Source of the DNA: Tubiluchus corallicola
Taxonomy: Eukaryota; Animalia; Priapulida
Direction: 5' to 3'
Length of the DNA: 64,000 bases
Assembly (NCBI GenBank): GCA_030141605.1
Contig: JAQGDQ010000039.1
Coordinates: forward strand, 186,001 to 250,000
The translations under genes were made by a program, and so were the position numbers. A model generated the notes under the pieces. That model saw only the letters and a list, made by a program, of their open reading frames with translations. It did no database searches and had not been told where the DNA came from. Every line of letters begins with the position of its first letter. Positions within the stretch are counted from its first letter, which is position 1. Shown piece by piece: positions 42,551-55,795 of the stretch.

Positions 42551-42686
42551 CTACTAACACCATGGGTCGCCTACCCTAGTAACACAATGGGTCGCCTACC
42601 CTACTAACGCCATATTTCGCCTACCCTACTAATGCCATGAGTCGCCTACCCTACTAACACCATGGGTCGTCTACTTTACTAACGCC
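42551..42686. repeat. 25-bp minisatellite (ctactaacaccatgggtcgcctacc), ~5.4 copies
   Basis: Directly visible; head-to-tail with no unique spacers. Confidence 0.93.
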
Positions 42687-42719
42687 AAAAAGCATCTAAG
42701 AAAGTTTCAAAAAGGTGCA

Positions 42720-43232
42720 AGCCACAATTAATTACATTTAAAAGCAAACTTGAAACACACAAAATGTGAAAAAGTAAGAACACAGCCTGGATTTGAACAA
42801 GGGACCTCCTGCTAATAAGGCAGACACCTTTAATTACTTAGGTCATTATTAATTAATTGTGGGTTTGTATCTTTATTAATTTAAACTTCAAATTAAAATT
42901 ATTATGATTGAATTACCAAGACTAAAATACCCAGAAAATTTTAGGGCTCAAAATTAGTGAAAATATAAAAAAATTAAATTAATCAGTTAATTAATATGAG
43001 CGACCTAACATTGGAAATATTGAATTCGGTTGTCTAGCTACGGTTAGCTACTAGGGATGAACTTTCATTGCCTTCATCACTGGGGATAGGTAGTTTAGCG
43101 ATTATTGCATCTGCTTTTAAGTTCAAATCCCGGCTGTCATCAGCTTTTTCATATTTCCTGTCTTTCAAATTTGCTATCAATATTTAATTAACTGTGTGTT
43201 TGTACCACCATTAACCGAATGTTGGTATTAAG
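42720..43232. mobile_element. Element with two divergent tRNA-like (B-box) arms, copy 2
   Basis: cacagcctggatttgaac at 42781 and gttcaaatcccggctgt at 43121; the flanks are mutually inverted (cacaattaatta / taattaactgtg). Confidence 0.6.
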
Positions 43233-43261
43233 ATTATAATAATTAGTTTTCAATTGTTGTG

Positions 43262-43494
43262 TATTCAATTATGAAATACATTAATATGTTTTAAAAACTA
43301 TTTTCTTACACTCTTTAAAAAATCGACCAAATTTCAGTCCTTCTGTTGATTACCCCTCACTCACCTATTCCAACTTTTTTGAGTGTGACTAGGTGAGTGA
43401 AGGATACCAACAGAGAGACTGAAATTTGACAGACTTTTCAAAGAGTGACTGAAAATAGTTTTTAAAACAGATTAATTCAATTGATTGTTGAATA
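43262..43494. mobile_element. Diverged ~230-bp fold-back element
   Basis: tgttttaaaaactattttc / gaaaatagtttttaaaaca, caaatttcagtc / gactgaaatttg and tcactcaccta / taggtgagtga pair symmetrically. Confidence 0.75.
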
Positions 43495-44089
43495 CAAAAA
43501 ATATGCGTTTTAATCGAGACAGTGTATGTTGTAAAACAACTAAGAAAGCCAAAGCCCAGCTCCCAATGTTTTAAGTACTACATGGATAACGCAATTTGTG
43601 ACATTCCGCATCTATTTTTCCTCTTTCGCGTAATTAAATAAACAAAAAAATTTCCGATTCACAGCAGCATTGAATCGAAAACATTCAATTGAATTGCAAA
43701 CTTTCGTTGACTGAATGACCATTGTACATGAATACAGTTACAGTATTTTAGGCCAGAGAATGCTATACAGTTAAATATTACCTAGTCTATTGTAACCCTG
43801 TCCTACTGGTAAGATAAGATAAGACTGGTGTAGCAAATATATAAAAGATACCCAATAAGGCGGCAATATAGTTAACAATGCATGATTATCTATTGTTATA
43901 CAAAATTTGTAGTTCAATATGACCCATTTTTATTTGCTTAACAATTAAGATTTTGCCATAGCAAAATGGTTTTTCATACGGTTATCAATATTATTAAGAT
44001 TTTGCCATAGGATTGTGTATTACAAATTGAGCTAAGGCCACAATATTTGTTATTTGGTTAGGCGGGACCAAGTTGTTGGATATGGCAGA

Positions 44090-44817
44090 ATATGGGTGAT
44101 TTGGAGGGGGGAAATTTTCAGCTAGGAGGCAAAAACCGAAAGTGGGGGTTGCAAACAGAAATACATCAAGTGTATTAGAATAGTATATCTAATGAAAGGT
44201 CTCGATGAGGCTGATCGAATGGCATACGTAACAATGAGAATAGCTAATCCGCGACACCGCTAGAGGGCGAAAACCGAAAAATGGGATTCGGAAACTGAAG
44301 TGCACCTAGTGTTAAGCAACAGTACCATGTAACACATCAAATAAAAGGTCTCGATGAGGCGAATCGAATGGCCAATATTACAATGAGAATAGCTAGCCTC
44401 TTTAGGGTGCAAATTAGGGGTCGAGGAGACAAAGGCCTTCCAGTGTCAATCGAAACTAGCTTGCAGCATATCAAACGAAAGGTCTCCATGAGGCAAACCG
44501 AATGGCGTAAGTTATGCCGAGACTGGCTGATCTCTGACCCCAGTAGGAGGCAAAAACCGAAAAATGGGGGTCGGAAACAGAAATGCATCGAGTGTCTACG
44601 AATAGCATATCAAATGAAATGTCTTGATGAGGCGAATCGAATGGTTTCCTCTCCTGTCCTCTCCTTCCCCCGCCTCTCCCCTCCTTCCCCCTCCTTTCCT
44701 CTGCTCGCCTTTCTCTGCTGTCGCTTTCTCTTATCTCTTCTCATCTCCTCCCTTTCTTCTACCCAAAAAAGTTATAGATTCCTCCTAAGACCCTCAAGAA
44801 GTACGCTGGGCTTATAA
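44090..44817 (-). mobile_element. Non-autonomous element with ~140-bp internal tandem repeats plus CT microsatellite (Helentron/DINE-1-like layout)
   Basis: aaaggtctcgatgaggcgaatcgaatgg variants at ~44195, 44344, 44478 and 44617; pyrimidine tract at 44646-44760; short unique terminus to 44817. Confidence 0.55.
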
Positions 44818-45999
44818 TTCTTAGCCAAAATAAAAAAAAAACAGGAGGACGAGGATTATCCTTTGATGCATGAACTATTAAATCTCTATAATTGTGTGGA
44901 ATATCGATTTACACAATCGCCATTTTTTTCCAGTTTTCTCCGCAATTTTTCGTACCGTGTACAGCATTTTTTACCGTTCTGGCAGTATACTTATGGTTCC
45001 TGAAGACGCTGAAATGGGCCCAAAATTGCTTTCGTGGTTTGTTACACTACATGGAAACCAAATGGCGAAAAAATAGCAACGTGTGTATACAAATTCAGAA
45101 CCTTGGCATAGTAACGTTTCAATAGATTAAACTTCGCGTATCGCATTTTTTCTAAAAATTGTTTCTTCTAGTCAGAAATAAACAAATAACGAAGTAAGCT
45201 CGCGAATTTTTAACAGTAACTTGAGAAGCATCTATTCTTCAGTATCATAATAATATTACCGAAAAACCAATAAAAACTTATTATTACAATTTTTAAGACA
45301 GATAGATTTTTAAGACTCTTTATTCTGACTACTGAGTAGATGTTGTGTTACAAATTACTGTAGCTCAGACAGGCTTATATGAATGCAATCGTGCAAGTTA
45401 ATTAAGGGAAAATGATTTCTCGTCAAAACCGTAAATTTTAAATTGTGGCGGGTTAGAAATAGAATTAACACATATAACACAGATTAAATTATTAAAATCT
45501 TACCAAATGGGTGATAAAAGTCAATAAAAGGCAACAAGTCGAACTATTTAGATAGTACAATGCCTATAATGCATATTCCACTATTTGTGTCTCGCGCTTA
45601 GTTTTTATTTTTGTTTACCATTTCTAGCTGCAACTGCTGTTTTTTTATAAATTCGTAAAATTTTAAACCATAACCATTGTGTAAAAGCAGCTACGATTTT
45701 TCTTCTTCTAATAGTCGAGTAAACCGCGAATAGCTTGTACAAAAATGCGTTATCACAACAGCACGCTTCATTGGCAATTTTGACAATTTTCAGTAAAATA
45801 TTAAGAAGTTCTTGCGTGTCAAAAGAAAAACATTCTCACGTCACAAATACACGGTATCACTACATGCTTACTTCGTGTTAGACAAATATAGAAATAAACG
45901 TTTAGACGAAGTGCGATTTTCGATATTTTACGATTATATTTAAATGTTTTAGTAAACAGCTTTCAAGGTGACCACAAGCAGGTTTAATTAAACACTTAC

Positions 46000-46129
46000 C
46001 TTATTTGCACGTACCTGCGAAGGTGACACATTGAGAGACGAATCAAATATTCTACATCCCCACTTGCTTAGCGAAGATTGCATAAATTCGACTGCTGATT
46101 CTGCTGGAGGTGTAAAAGTGCGCATGCGC
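46000..46129 (-). promoter_or_regulatory. Candidate non-coding first exon and promoter of the CAT gene with an NRF1-type site
   Basis: Consensus donor AAG|gtaagt at 46000/45999, and TGCGCATGCGC (NRF1-like) at 46119-46129 about 120 nt upstream. Coding exon 1 has an acceptor that needs an upstream donor. The link is inferred only. Confidence 0.35.
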
Positions 46130-48094
46130 TGCAAGTGGCTTCGCGTTGAAGTGCTGTTTTAATCAAAATTATGGTTAACAAGGTGATACGAACAACTGAT
46201 TCAAAGCGCATTATAAATTAAGTTTACTAGATAAAATGAACATACAAATATGAGATCACATATCAAGCTAAGCAAATATCAACATTTTGCAACTATCGAT
46301 CAAATTTATAAAGTAAAATGTACATCAAAAAATGTTTTTATGCAATGCATGTATAACACAGATGTCGTACACATAACACACAGGACCTTACTTCAGGTGA
46401 CTTTGATTTAGGTTCGACTCTCAGGCGACTCTCAAAATTTTCCATTTATTATATTTTTCATGCATATGCAAATAAAGGTTAAATAAAAGAAAATTTAAAA
46501 AAATAATCATTTCTAAACAAAAAGTCCTAATGTGTGTCTTATTTTCAAATTCTGCAAAATGAATTCAGAAAAGAGGGATACTAACAATTTCAGTCGTGTT
46601 GTTGTAGTTTTTATTCTTCTTGTTCCATCCGTAGTTAATATGATTTGTCCATAAGTTTCAGTAAAAGTATCGGTAAAGAAATATACATACACTTCCAATT
46701 AAACAAAATCAAATCAAATCATTTATTTTTTAAGTCACCCGACTTAAAAACGAACATGTTAGTGTACAAGTAGTACCCATCTAAACTGGAAGGGGTGGCG
46801 AAAACATAACGTTACTGAATCAGACACCCTCACATTAAATTCAAAGTTATCTGACATAGCGCAATACAGTCTATTGGATGTTTTTCCCAAGAAAATATTA
46901 CAAATGGTTAACAACAAAAAATTGACAAGCAAAATAGTCAACGAGCAAAAGCAGACAGGGGATTTGTAGAGTAAATATTACTAAAGCATCATTTTAAATA
47001 AATGAATAGAAAAACATATATTCTCATGCGAATCATGCTTTAATACTTTGTAAGCTAGGCTATAGGCATGTATTATATATATATTTCAATATTATAATAA
47101 TGAAAAACTATCACCATGCAATCGCATTGTGTAAATACAAACTAACACATATTACTAATTACATACTGGCTTAAAACCTGTTTGAGGCCTGCAAGGTTGC
47201 CATAAAGGTTTCCCCAGAAGTCAATAAATTATTTTGCCTGGGGAAGGTGCAAGTACCAGATTATGTCAGCACAATTAATTAGTTAATACATGCCACAGGA
47301 ATATAAGATGCTTTTTAGCATCTAAATCCGAAAAAGCGTTATATATGACTGCCCTTATCAAATAAGCTAGATATGTACAAGGCGTTCTAAAAGAAAGAGG
47401 GAAGTGGAAATATGCTGATGTGCAGAAGTGTGCTGAAGAAAATATTCCAAAATGACAACTGCATTTCTGTATTATGACAGCATAATGACGAAAAACAATA
47501 TATTTTAAACCATTATTTCAATAATTCTATCACATAACTTGATATGACCATAGTTATTGGATTTTGTAAGGTGTACTGATATGCTTATTTGTTGGGGCAG
47601 TGTTTCTTTGGAAAGATCCGGTATATTTATTTTTTTATTTATTGACATTTACACATATACAAATAGTATAAAAGAAAGAAGTCAACAGGAGCAAGCGCAC
47701 TTACGCTGATCCTATAAAACATAAAATGTCGCACAAAAATAAAATATATGAACGCAATACCCTAAAATTGAATGTATCTCATTAAAAGGCTTCTAAAATG
47801 TAGCTAATTATGAATTACGTACTATATACAATAATATGGTTTAGAGAGAACCAATTATGACCATCATAATCTTACATGTTACGGACAAAGTCACAATAAG
47901 GCAGTACATTAATGTTAGCTAATCGATTGCTAAAAGCTGACAAACTAATAGCAGCAACTACATGAGAATCCAGAGCATCCAAATGTTTACAACTCTGTTA
48001 GAACACGTTTAATCTCGAAAAAGACGTAAGCAGTTTAAAATTGACCACACAATTGACTGGTTGATGCCATACTGAAAAAAAATCGGCAAAGTTT

Positions 48095-48215
48095 GGCTAA
48101 GGTTAACAATTCCCCCCCACACAAGAAACTAATTCGAGAAACGGGTAAGGATTAGGGTTAGGGTTAGGATTGGGTTTAGGGTAGGGCATTTAAATTGTGT
48201 GTTGAATTGTAAACT
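48095..48215 (+). repeat. Second copy of the TTAGGG-carrying element, with short TIRs
   Basis: ggctaaggttaacaattcccc..cacaagaaa...(TTAGGG)n...gaattgtaaact. Confidence 0.7.
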
Positions 48216-50237
48216 CCCATAATTTAAATCCATCGTTTTATAACAAATTTTGTACACAATCTTAAGATCAGGGTCTTAATATTTGCTGTTATTGTTATAC
48301 TGCTGCAACAGCTTGCCATCTTACATGAGAAATCTGAAATTCTCAAAAGGCTGACAGGCTGAAGCGGGCGACGAAAAGGTCTCGCAAGAACATTTCTTTG
48401 TACATTCAGAACTTCTCTTCGATATATCGACCAGTTTCGACATCAAATAACTTCTTTTTGCCATTGCAGCCATTGACAGAAGAAATTCAATGCGAATACT
48501 GCAAGGTTTTCTCTCAGCGCTGATTACTTGTGATTCCACTTTATGATCGGTCTTTGCTAATGGATCTTGCAGGTTTCAGCACATCAGCATTGTTTTGGAA
48601 CTAAATGCTTCGAGTGCACACGTACCCGCTCTAATTTTAAAATGAGCAGAGCCCAAATTTGCTCACTCCCATCCCAGACCCCTTCAGCATTGTTTGTTTA
48701 AAAAAATATATAAGCGAGGCTGCCTTTAGAATCCCAATGCGTTTTGGCAGGACAGAAACATTGCCCCATGACAGACGGAATGGAATACGCACACAAAGAT
48801 GATAATGATTCAGTCTGTTTGCCATATAAAGCAACAGAAAACAGATTCTTCTTACCATTGTCAAAAATAAAGCCAAATCAAATAAACGTAGACATAGAAG
48901 CTGATTTAAGTCACTTCAACATGCAAATTGTTAAACAATTGTGGTTAAAACTTATCTAACTTTATTTATGCATTTCGATACACTGCAAGCCATAATTCAG
49001 TAGCAGGATTTATTTAACGCCCTATATATATATATCTCGTAACTTGAGTCTGGCTCGTTATGTCTCTAAAATGAGCTATTGAGCTGTCTTAGCCGTGTGT
49101 GACCACTGGTTTGTTAATCCAGAGTAGTTATTGTCTATAAAAATCCGATTTTGAATGATTTTAAAGCTAATTCACTGAAATGACGTGAGAATTTTTACAA
49201 CATATTTTTAGGAATATGAATTTGATAAGAAACCGCGTCCAATTATTGTTCCAAAGATGAAATAATTTGCTTAAATTGATATGAACTCTCAATCAATGAC
49301 TACACGTTTATTTGTGAGACTTCTGGGAGCACAACGCATTCTAGAAAATGACAAACGAGTTAACACATAAATTTGCATACAGAATTGCGTGGAAATTCGA
49401 TTAAACCGTGTAAACTGATTTTACGAAATTGAGTTGGGTGTTTAATTAAGGGAAAACATGTTAATTTCCTGAGGAGCGCAAACATGATTAGGTGCGAGAA
49501 TTTTCCAAGAAAGTCAAATCGAATGAAGAAGAAATGAAAAAGGGTGACTCCCTCTTCTGTTACTTCTTTTTTATTTTGTTGCATTTCAACTTTTATTTTT
49601 TTGTCCCTTTTTCAGTTTTTTTCAGCTGAATTCTCTTCTTTTCTATTTGCCTTTCCTTTGTTTCTTTGTCCTATCTTCGTCTAGCTCATTTTGCGTCCTT
49701 TAATTTCTCTTCTTCCTCTATATTTATTTGATATTACTTTCTTTTCTCCTAACATTCCTGCCGTTACTTTCAGCTATATTATATTTTATCTCCTTACTCA
49801 TTTTTGTTCTCTTGCAAAGCTTTTACAATCCTTTCTTCTATTTCTTCTTCTTCTTCTTCTTCTCCTCCTCCTCTTCTTCCTCGTCCTCCTCCTCCTCTAA
49901 GAATCTGTGCTGCTTAAATTCAGAATGAACGAGGTTAGTTTTTTCTATCCTCTTCGTCATTTTCCTCTATTTGGTTTCTTTTTCATCATCGTGTTCCCCT
50001 TGGATGACTTCAGCCTTCTTTTCTGATTTTCCTCTTTTCCCCTTTTCTATTTTATCCGGTATATTTTCGTTTTTTTCTCCTGCTACTACTGCTTTCTACC
50101 CTTTCGGTTTTTTGCAATGTTCTGTCTCTTTTCTTCTGCTGTTTATCAAGTTCTTCGTTTTCCTTTTTCGCGATGTTCTTCTTCTTCTTTTTCTTGCCTT
50201 TTTTCGATTTTTTCTATGTGTAAATGAAGCTGAATCG

Positions 50238-50450
50238 CTCAGTAGTGGGTCTGTGACACCCTCTGGCACACTGCATAACTAAGAAGTGGGTCCTTCTAAC
50301 ACGCGGCATTACTCAGCAGTTAGTCTCTGGCACTCTCTGGAACACTGCATATTTAAGCAGGTGGTCCCACTGACATGCTACATGCATCACTCAGTAGTGG
50401 GTCGCTGGCAGACTCCGTGACTAAGCAGTGGGTGCCACTGACAGGCTGCA
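50238..50450. repeat. Degenerate GC-richer minisatellite (ctcagtagtgggtc...ggcacactgcat)
   Basis: About six diverged ct(c/a)ag.agtgggt units. Confidence 0.6.
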
Positions 50451-50485
50451 TGAAACACGTTGAAATATGAAAGTATATAAATATT

Positions 50486-50808
<323 letters not shown>

Positions 50809-53742
50809 CTTTATTTAAAGTCGACTTTTTGGATGAACAATTAACATATGCTCCAAAGAGGTTTCAGGCTGACTGTAAATAACAACCTACAACTATGTAA
50901 CAAAGTATTACTCCACTTTTACCCTAAATACCACCACGCGCCAGGCAGGGCAACCCGGAAAGCGGATATTATAGTGGTTACCGCTAGAATAAACTGTCAA
51001 ATCAATTCGAAGAATTTTATAAAACATGGTCAGGTCACCTTTTAAACGTGTAACTTCTAAACTTTCAAGTTTTAAAATTTCAAGTGTACGATTGCATCTG
51101 TACTCTGTCTAAGAATGGCGGAGTGTGCGGCGAGAGAATACTCTCTGATTACTTTCTTTAGGAAAGAATACTTTTTTCTAGTCTAACAGTTGAACCTGTA
51201 TAGGCCTCCGTGTATTTGACAGTAAAGAAATGGATCTAACGATATAACAGTATTCACCATTGTCACTAAGCCCATAAAAGTGAAAAATACTAGTGAAAAA
51301 GTAAAAAGTGAAATATGTTAGTATGAATATATTGTCAATAAAATTATTGATTAAGTAAAGCAATGTGTTTGACGTGTCTCGAAAAACATCAACTGTTTTT
51401 TAATGTAAGTAAAAAATATATGCGATAAATTATATTTTTTGTTTCTTTAGGAAATCTGGGATTTCAAATTTAAATCACTAAACCACAGTTTGGCAATGTT
51501 ATTTAAAACTAGTACAGAGGAAAATAAATTTTCATGAATTTTTAAAAGGGGTTTAGATTTTGTCCATCTGTTGCATCTCCAAAGCATTAGTACATTTTAT
51601 ACCACCGTAGTATTTCACACGTTGAGTAAATCTGAAAAGATACTTGCAAAACGCATGGGTTACGTGGAAAGTGCATGCTCTAGATATGGAGGTATAAGCA
51701 CATCAGCTTTAACCCAGCAAGCGCACGTTAACTTTGGAAGACGTTTCGTTCCCGCAAGAACATGAGTCGTCCGAAAAAAAACAATTTCGCTTCGCAGCAA
51801 TACATCTTGTAAAAATGACCCATTTCCTCAAGCGGCCCCTTTTCTGTAGGAGCTGGTGCCTCCTCTTGCAAAAGAGCAGTAAATTTCCCTCCAAAATCCA
51901 CACGAAGCGCTACGTTCATATCTACACAGTGTTTCGGCAGAGACGATCATTTCAGTGTAGGTTTTTCACTCATTTTTCTTCAACCAATACCTCGTAGAAA
52001 AAACGCAAAAACGTCGTTTAATGGAAGCTCTTGGAAGAAAATTCATAGCTCTTTGGAAGGAGGGAAAACCGGGCTACACGTGGTGTTTGGGCAGTAGGTA
52101 GTGACGACTGAGATATGGACACGTGGTGAGGAATGGCCTCAGCTGGGTAACGAAAAGTGAGGTCCAGACTATTCTGAATTCCATCAACGAATCATTTTTT
52201 CGAATCTTCCTACAAAAATATAATTATCATCGATATAATAATGATACGCTAACGAAATATTTTCTAATAGTCGCATTGCAAATTTTTCTCATTTGAAACG
52301 AGACTTTTTATCAGAAACTTAATTGTTTCTAATAATATAGCTACGGTAATCTCACAGAAAGTTCTTACCATTACTTCTTCGAAAGCGTAAAATAAGATAG
52401 ATCTGGAACGGTATTATTAGACAAACCACTCGACCACCAAATTGTGCCACGTGCTTCTTTACAAAATTATAATCTTGTAGTATTATACAAAAACATATTC
52501 GAAAAATTCAAAACTGGTCATCAATCTTTATTATCTGTGATTTATTACAGCAGTTTATTAAATCAACCTTTTCCGTTGCAATACAATAGAATTTACTGCT
52601 ACATGATTAACCAGCCAACTTACTTCGTAAATGTATTTTTATTATTACTATGTTGTTATTAAAATGTTGTGTTTATACTGTTCATGTATGTAAGTTTAAT
52701 CATCATCTGTTGGTTGTAATAGAGTCAATTGTTTTATCAAATCAAGTGTTATATTAGTTTTTACATTAGTATTTTATATTAGTATCTTAGCCCATTATCC
52801 TTTCATTAGCACTTTGCACTCAGCACTTGCACGGTGAGATACCTGTATCAGACGTCTGTTTTGTAAATCCACTATTAATAAATATAGTTAAACTAAATAG
52901 ATTTTTAGTGCCGCTCTTATCATGCTTTTGCCATATTTCTCTGTTTGCAGATAATGCTGGTTGCTTCTCATAATTTATTGGTTGCAGGTTGAATGAAAAT
53001 GTAAAGGAAAAAGTGGACCTTCTCTCAGCAGAGCCTTTGACGGCCATTAAGCTTCAACAACTAAATCGTTTATTCTTGTATTTCTGTATTCAATGTTTTA
53101 CTTGATTTTTAAATGGATTACTAAGTGTTTTTAATAATAAATCATACCGATAATGCCTGTCTGTTTCTGTATTTATATAAGTCAGTTTGGAGGAATTTAA
53201 AAAAAATTGTCAAATTTCCTGCAGTGAACTCCAGGCTTTCCACAAAATCTATGAATAAAATTAAAAACTTGACCTAGGGTTACAAATACCTGTTAACTTT
53301 CGTGTTAATGTAGCTGTATTGCCAAGTAAAGTACTGATTATGTCATTCTCGATGGGGAGGACCCTGGTGGCTAAAATACATCATGAACACGAGCAGTTGT
53401 ATAGCAATTGCTCAAAAACACAAGAAACTATTGTGAGCAACTCAACAATAACTCAGTGAACAAGAATCAGGAATGAACATGCAAAGCATGTGACTAGCAT
53501 GGACAAAACATTAATCAAACAATGAACGTAGGTCGAACATTACTGAATTTATTATGCAGTTTTTCAAGATATCTCTGGGGCAGTTTGATGAACCGACCTC
53601 GATTAGAGCGACCAGTAGGCTGAGGGCGAAGCCTGACCTCAACAGAAGTGTTACAGTCAGTCATTCACCATGTGAGATGCGGCTATTTGTCTCAATCATT
53701 CATAACCTTTTAATAGCAAAATTAATGAATTACTTAAGTAAG

Positions 53743-53981
53743 TAACAGAGAAAAACGTAATGCCGTTTATAATCTCATAGATTATAATATTTATTCAGTA
53801 GCGTTCGCCTCAGCCGGCCTTATCAACTGACTAAAAAGTGCTGGTAACCTGAAAGTGTTAGGTTACGACTCTCATGTTACCGGCACTTTCCATTCAGCTG
53901 ATGATGCCCGCTAGGGCGAACGCTACCGAATAAATATTATAATCTTTGAGATTATAAAAGGCATTACTTTTTTCTCTGTTA
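53743..53981. mobile_element. Palindromic Penelope-like element, copy 2 (~240-bp fold-back)
   Basis: Arms pair almost to the centre; shares ctgatgatgcccgctaggg and the gtaatgcc/ggcattac ends with copy 1. Confidence 0.75.
53892..53931 (+). ncRNA. Hammerhead ribozyme motif, variant core (GAAC)
   Basis: AUUCAG-CUGAUGA-U-GCCC(GCUA)GGGC-GAAC-GC-UA-CCGAAU; the left arm gives CUGAAU, a perfect stem I partner. Confidence 0.55.
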
Positions 53982-55698
53982 ATGATGGCAAGTCTTAGGA
54001 GAGCTTTCGCATATTTCAAGTAAATAAGTAAGTTATTTATTTAAAGTTTATTTTGAAGTACTGTACCTAAAACATTAGTTCACACAGGAACTATTATCAC
54101 CGACTAAAATTACAACAATTATTATAAAAACTATACAAAAACAAGCACAAGCATGTTGCAAATCCGTAAAAAGTTGGAACACAGCTTGTCAGGCTGTCTT
54201 ATCCCCCCCATGAGATATGCGTAGGACTTGAGTACGCCCCAGGCTAAGCTGACAAATTCTGTATATGTGTCCGAATGTCAGCACGTAAAAGAGCAATCTA
54301 GTTTCAATATTGAGATCGTTAAAGAAATTTGATGATTCATAAAATGAGTTGCATACGGAGAATAACGTGGGTTTCAAGCAGCTTTGTTCTTCGGGGTGTT
54401 TACTCAGTGACATGGAAAATGAAAAATAATGAGAGGCAGGAAAGACGCTAAAAATCTGAAAAGGAAAAAGCAAGACAGAGGACAAATGTTTAAAGTCCCG
54501 TGAAATAAAAAGGAGGAAATGACAAAGAAGAGGTGGCAGAAAGATAAACTTCCAGTGAAAAGAAAGAGCAAACGCGGATGTTGAGAATGGGTAGATCAGA
54601 ACTAAATGACTACAAACTGCTGTTGCTACTTATGACGATGATAATGTTGATGATGATGTTGATGCTGATGATGAGTGAGTGAGTACAGACAAACAAGATG
54701 AAGTGTTAATCAACTTTTCTCCTTTACCAAAAATTTTCAGCATTCCAAAACGTCGTCTTTTTCTGTTTTAGGTTAGTAATTCACAGCAAGGAGAAACTTG
54801 GTGGTTAGATGCAGTTTTAATCGCCACTGTTAAGCAAAACGTAACTAAAGAGTACAGATCTTCGTTGATGTAATTGTAATTAGAATTTTCAGATGTAGCG
54901 AAGTTCTTTAAGGTACAGAGAAAGTCTGTATAGAAAATGTTGCGACGTAAGCTAACCGTTAGCTGATAACAACTTAAAGAGTCTGAGTAAGAAAATACAT
55001 TTTTTATTTATGATAACTTGATTGAGTAAAGCTCGTTTACAACAAGGTCCTGATTGGTGGTTTTAATTAAAAATTAAAAATTAAGAAAAATAAATCCATG
55101 TAAGAACATAATTGTGAATTGGTACATAAAGAAAATAAGCAGAAACACACAAAAAAGAAGGCTTAGATTGCAATCGCAAAAAAGTTTTGGTAAGTGGTTA
55201 ACTGAAAGCGCACAATGTTAGCTCACGAAAATGATTGATAAATGCCCCACAAAGGCTGCTGCCACCATTTTTGTGTTAGTTAAGTATAGGGATTTTTTGT
55301 TTATAGGATTACGATCTAAGTTACAATCCCAACTTCAAAGTTAAAGGCGCCTTTTTCTCGTTCGTGTCGACAAACAAGTGTAAATAAATCAGGATGAACT
55401 GAGCAAGGTGATTCTATGCCCATTTAGACAACCGAGTTCCCCCAGGAAATAAAAAGGGAAATTATTATCGAGTTGCGCTGGCGAAATCAGTCGGTTAGCG
55501 CCGCGGGGGACAGAATTCATCAGGAGCGGTGAATGAATGTCTTCTCTACAATCGAATTCACTAAGATTCAGACGATTGACAATGCTAGCCGAGTAGACAA
55601 TCTATATTGATAAACTTAAAATAGGCCAGCGGGTTGGTCAAAAAGTAAAGCATAAGTTCCACTTGCAATCCGTAAAACCTCTTACAAGATTTGGTGTA

Positions 55699-55700
<2 letters not shown>

Positions 55701-55777
<77 letters not shown>

Positions 55778-55795
55778 CGACAACAACAACAACAA
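55701..55795. repeat. (AAT)n-(AAC)n microsatellite
   Basis: Directly visible; followed by atctttatttaaagt as at 50807, suggesting both are tails of the same minus-strand retroposon. Confidence 0.93.

Noticed and set aside
42551-42686. CRISPR-like 25-bp repeats (also the 28-bp array at 34325)
   Set aside because: Head-to-tail with no unique spacers, no cas genes and a eukaryotic context; these are minisatellites
48321-48539. 72-aa Cys-containing minus-strand ORF with a nearby donor
   Set aside because: No homology recognised and no compatible partner exon
49530-50282. K/E/R-rich minus-strand coding-like region and hydrophobic plus-strand ORFs
   Set aside because: Low-complexity purine/pyrimidine tract with repeated stops and no recognisable domain
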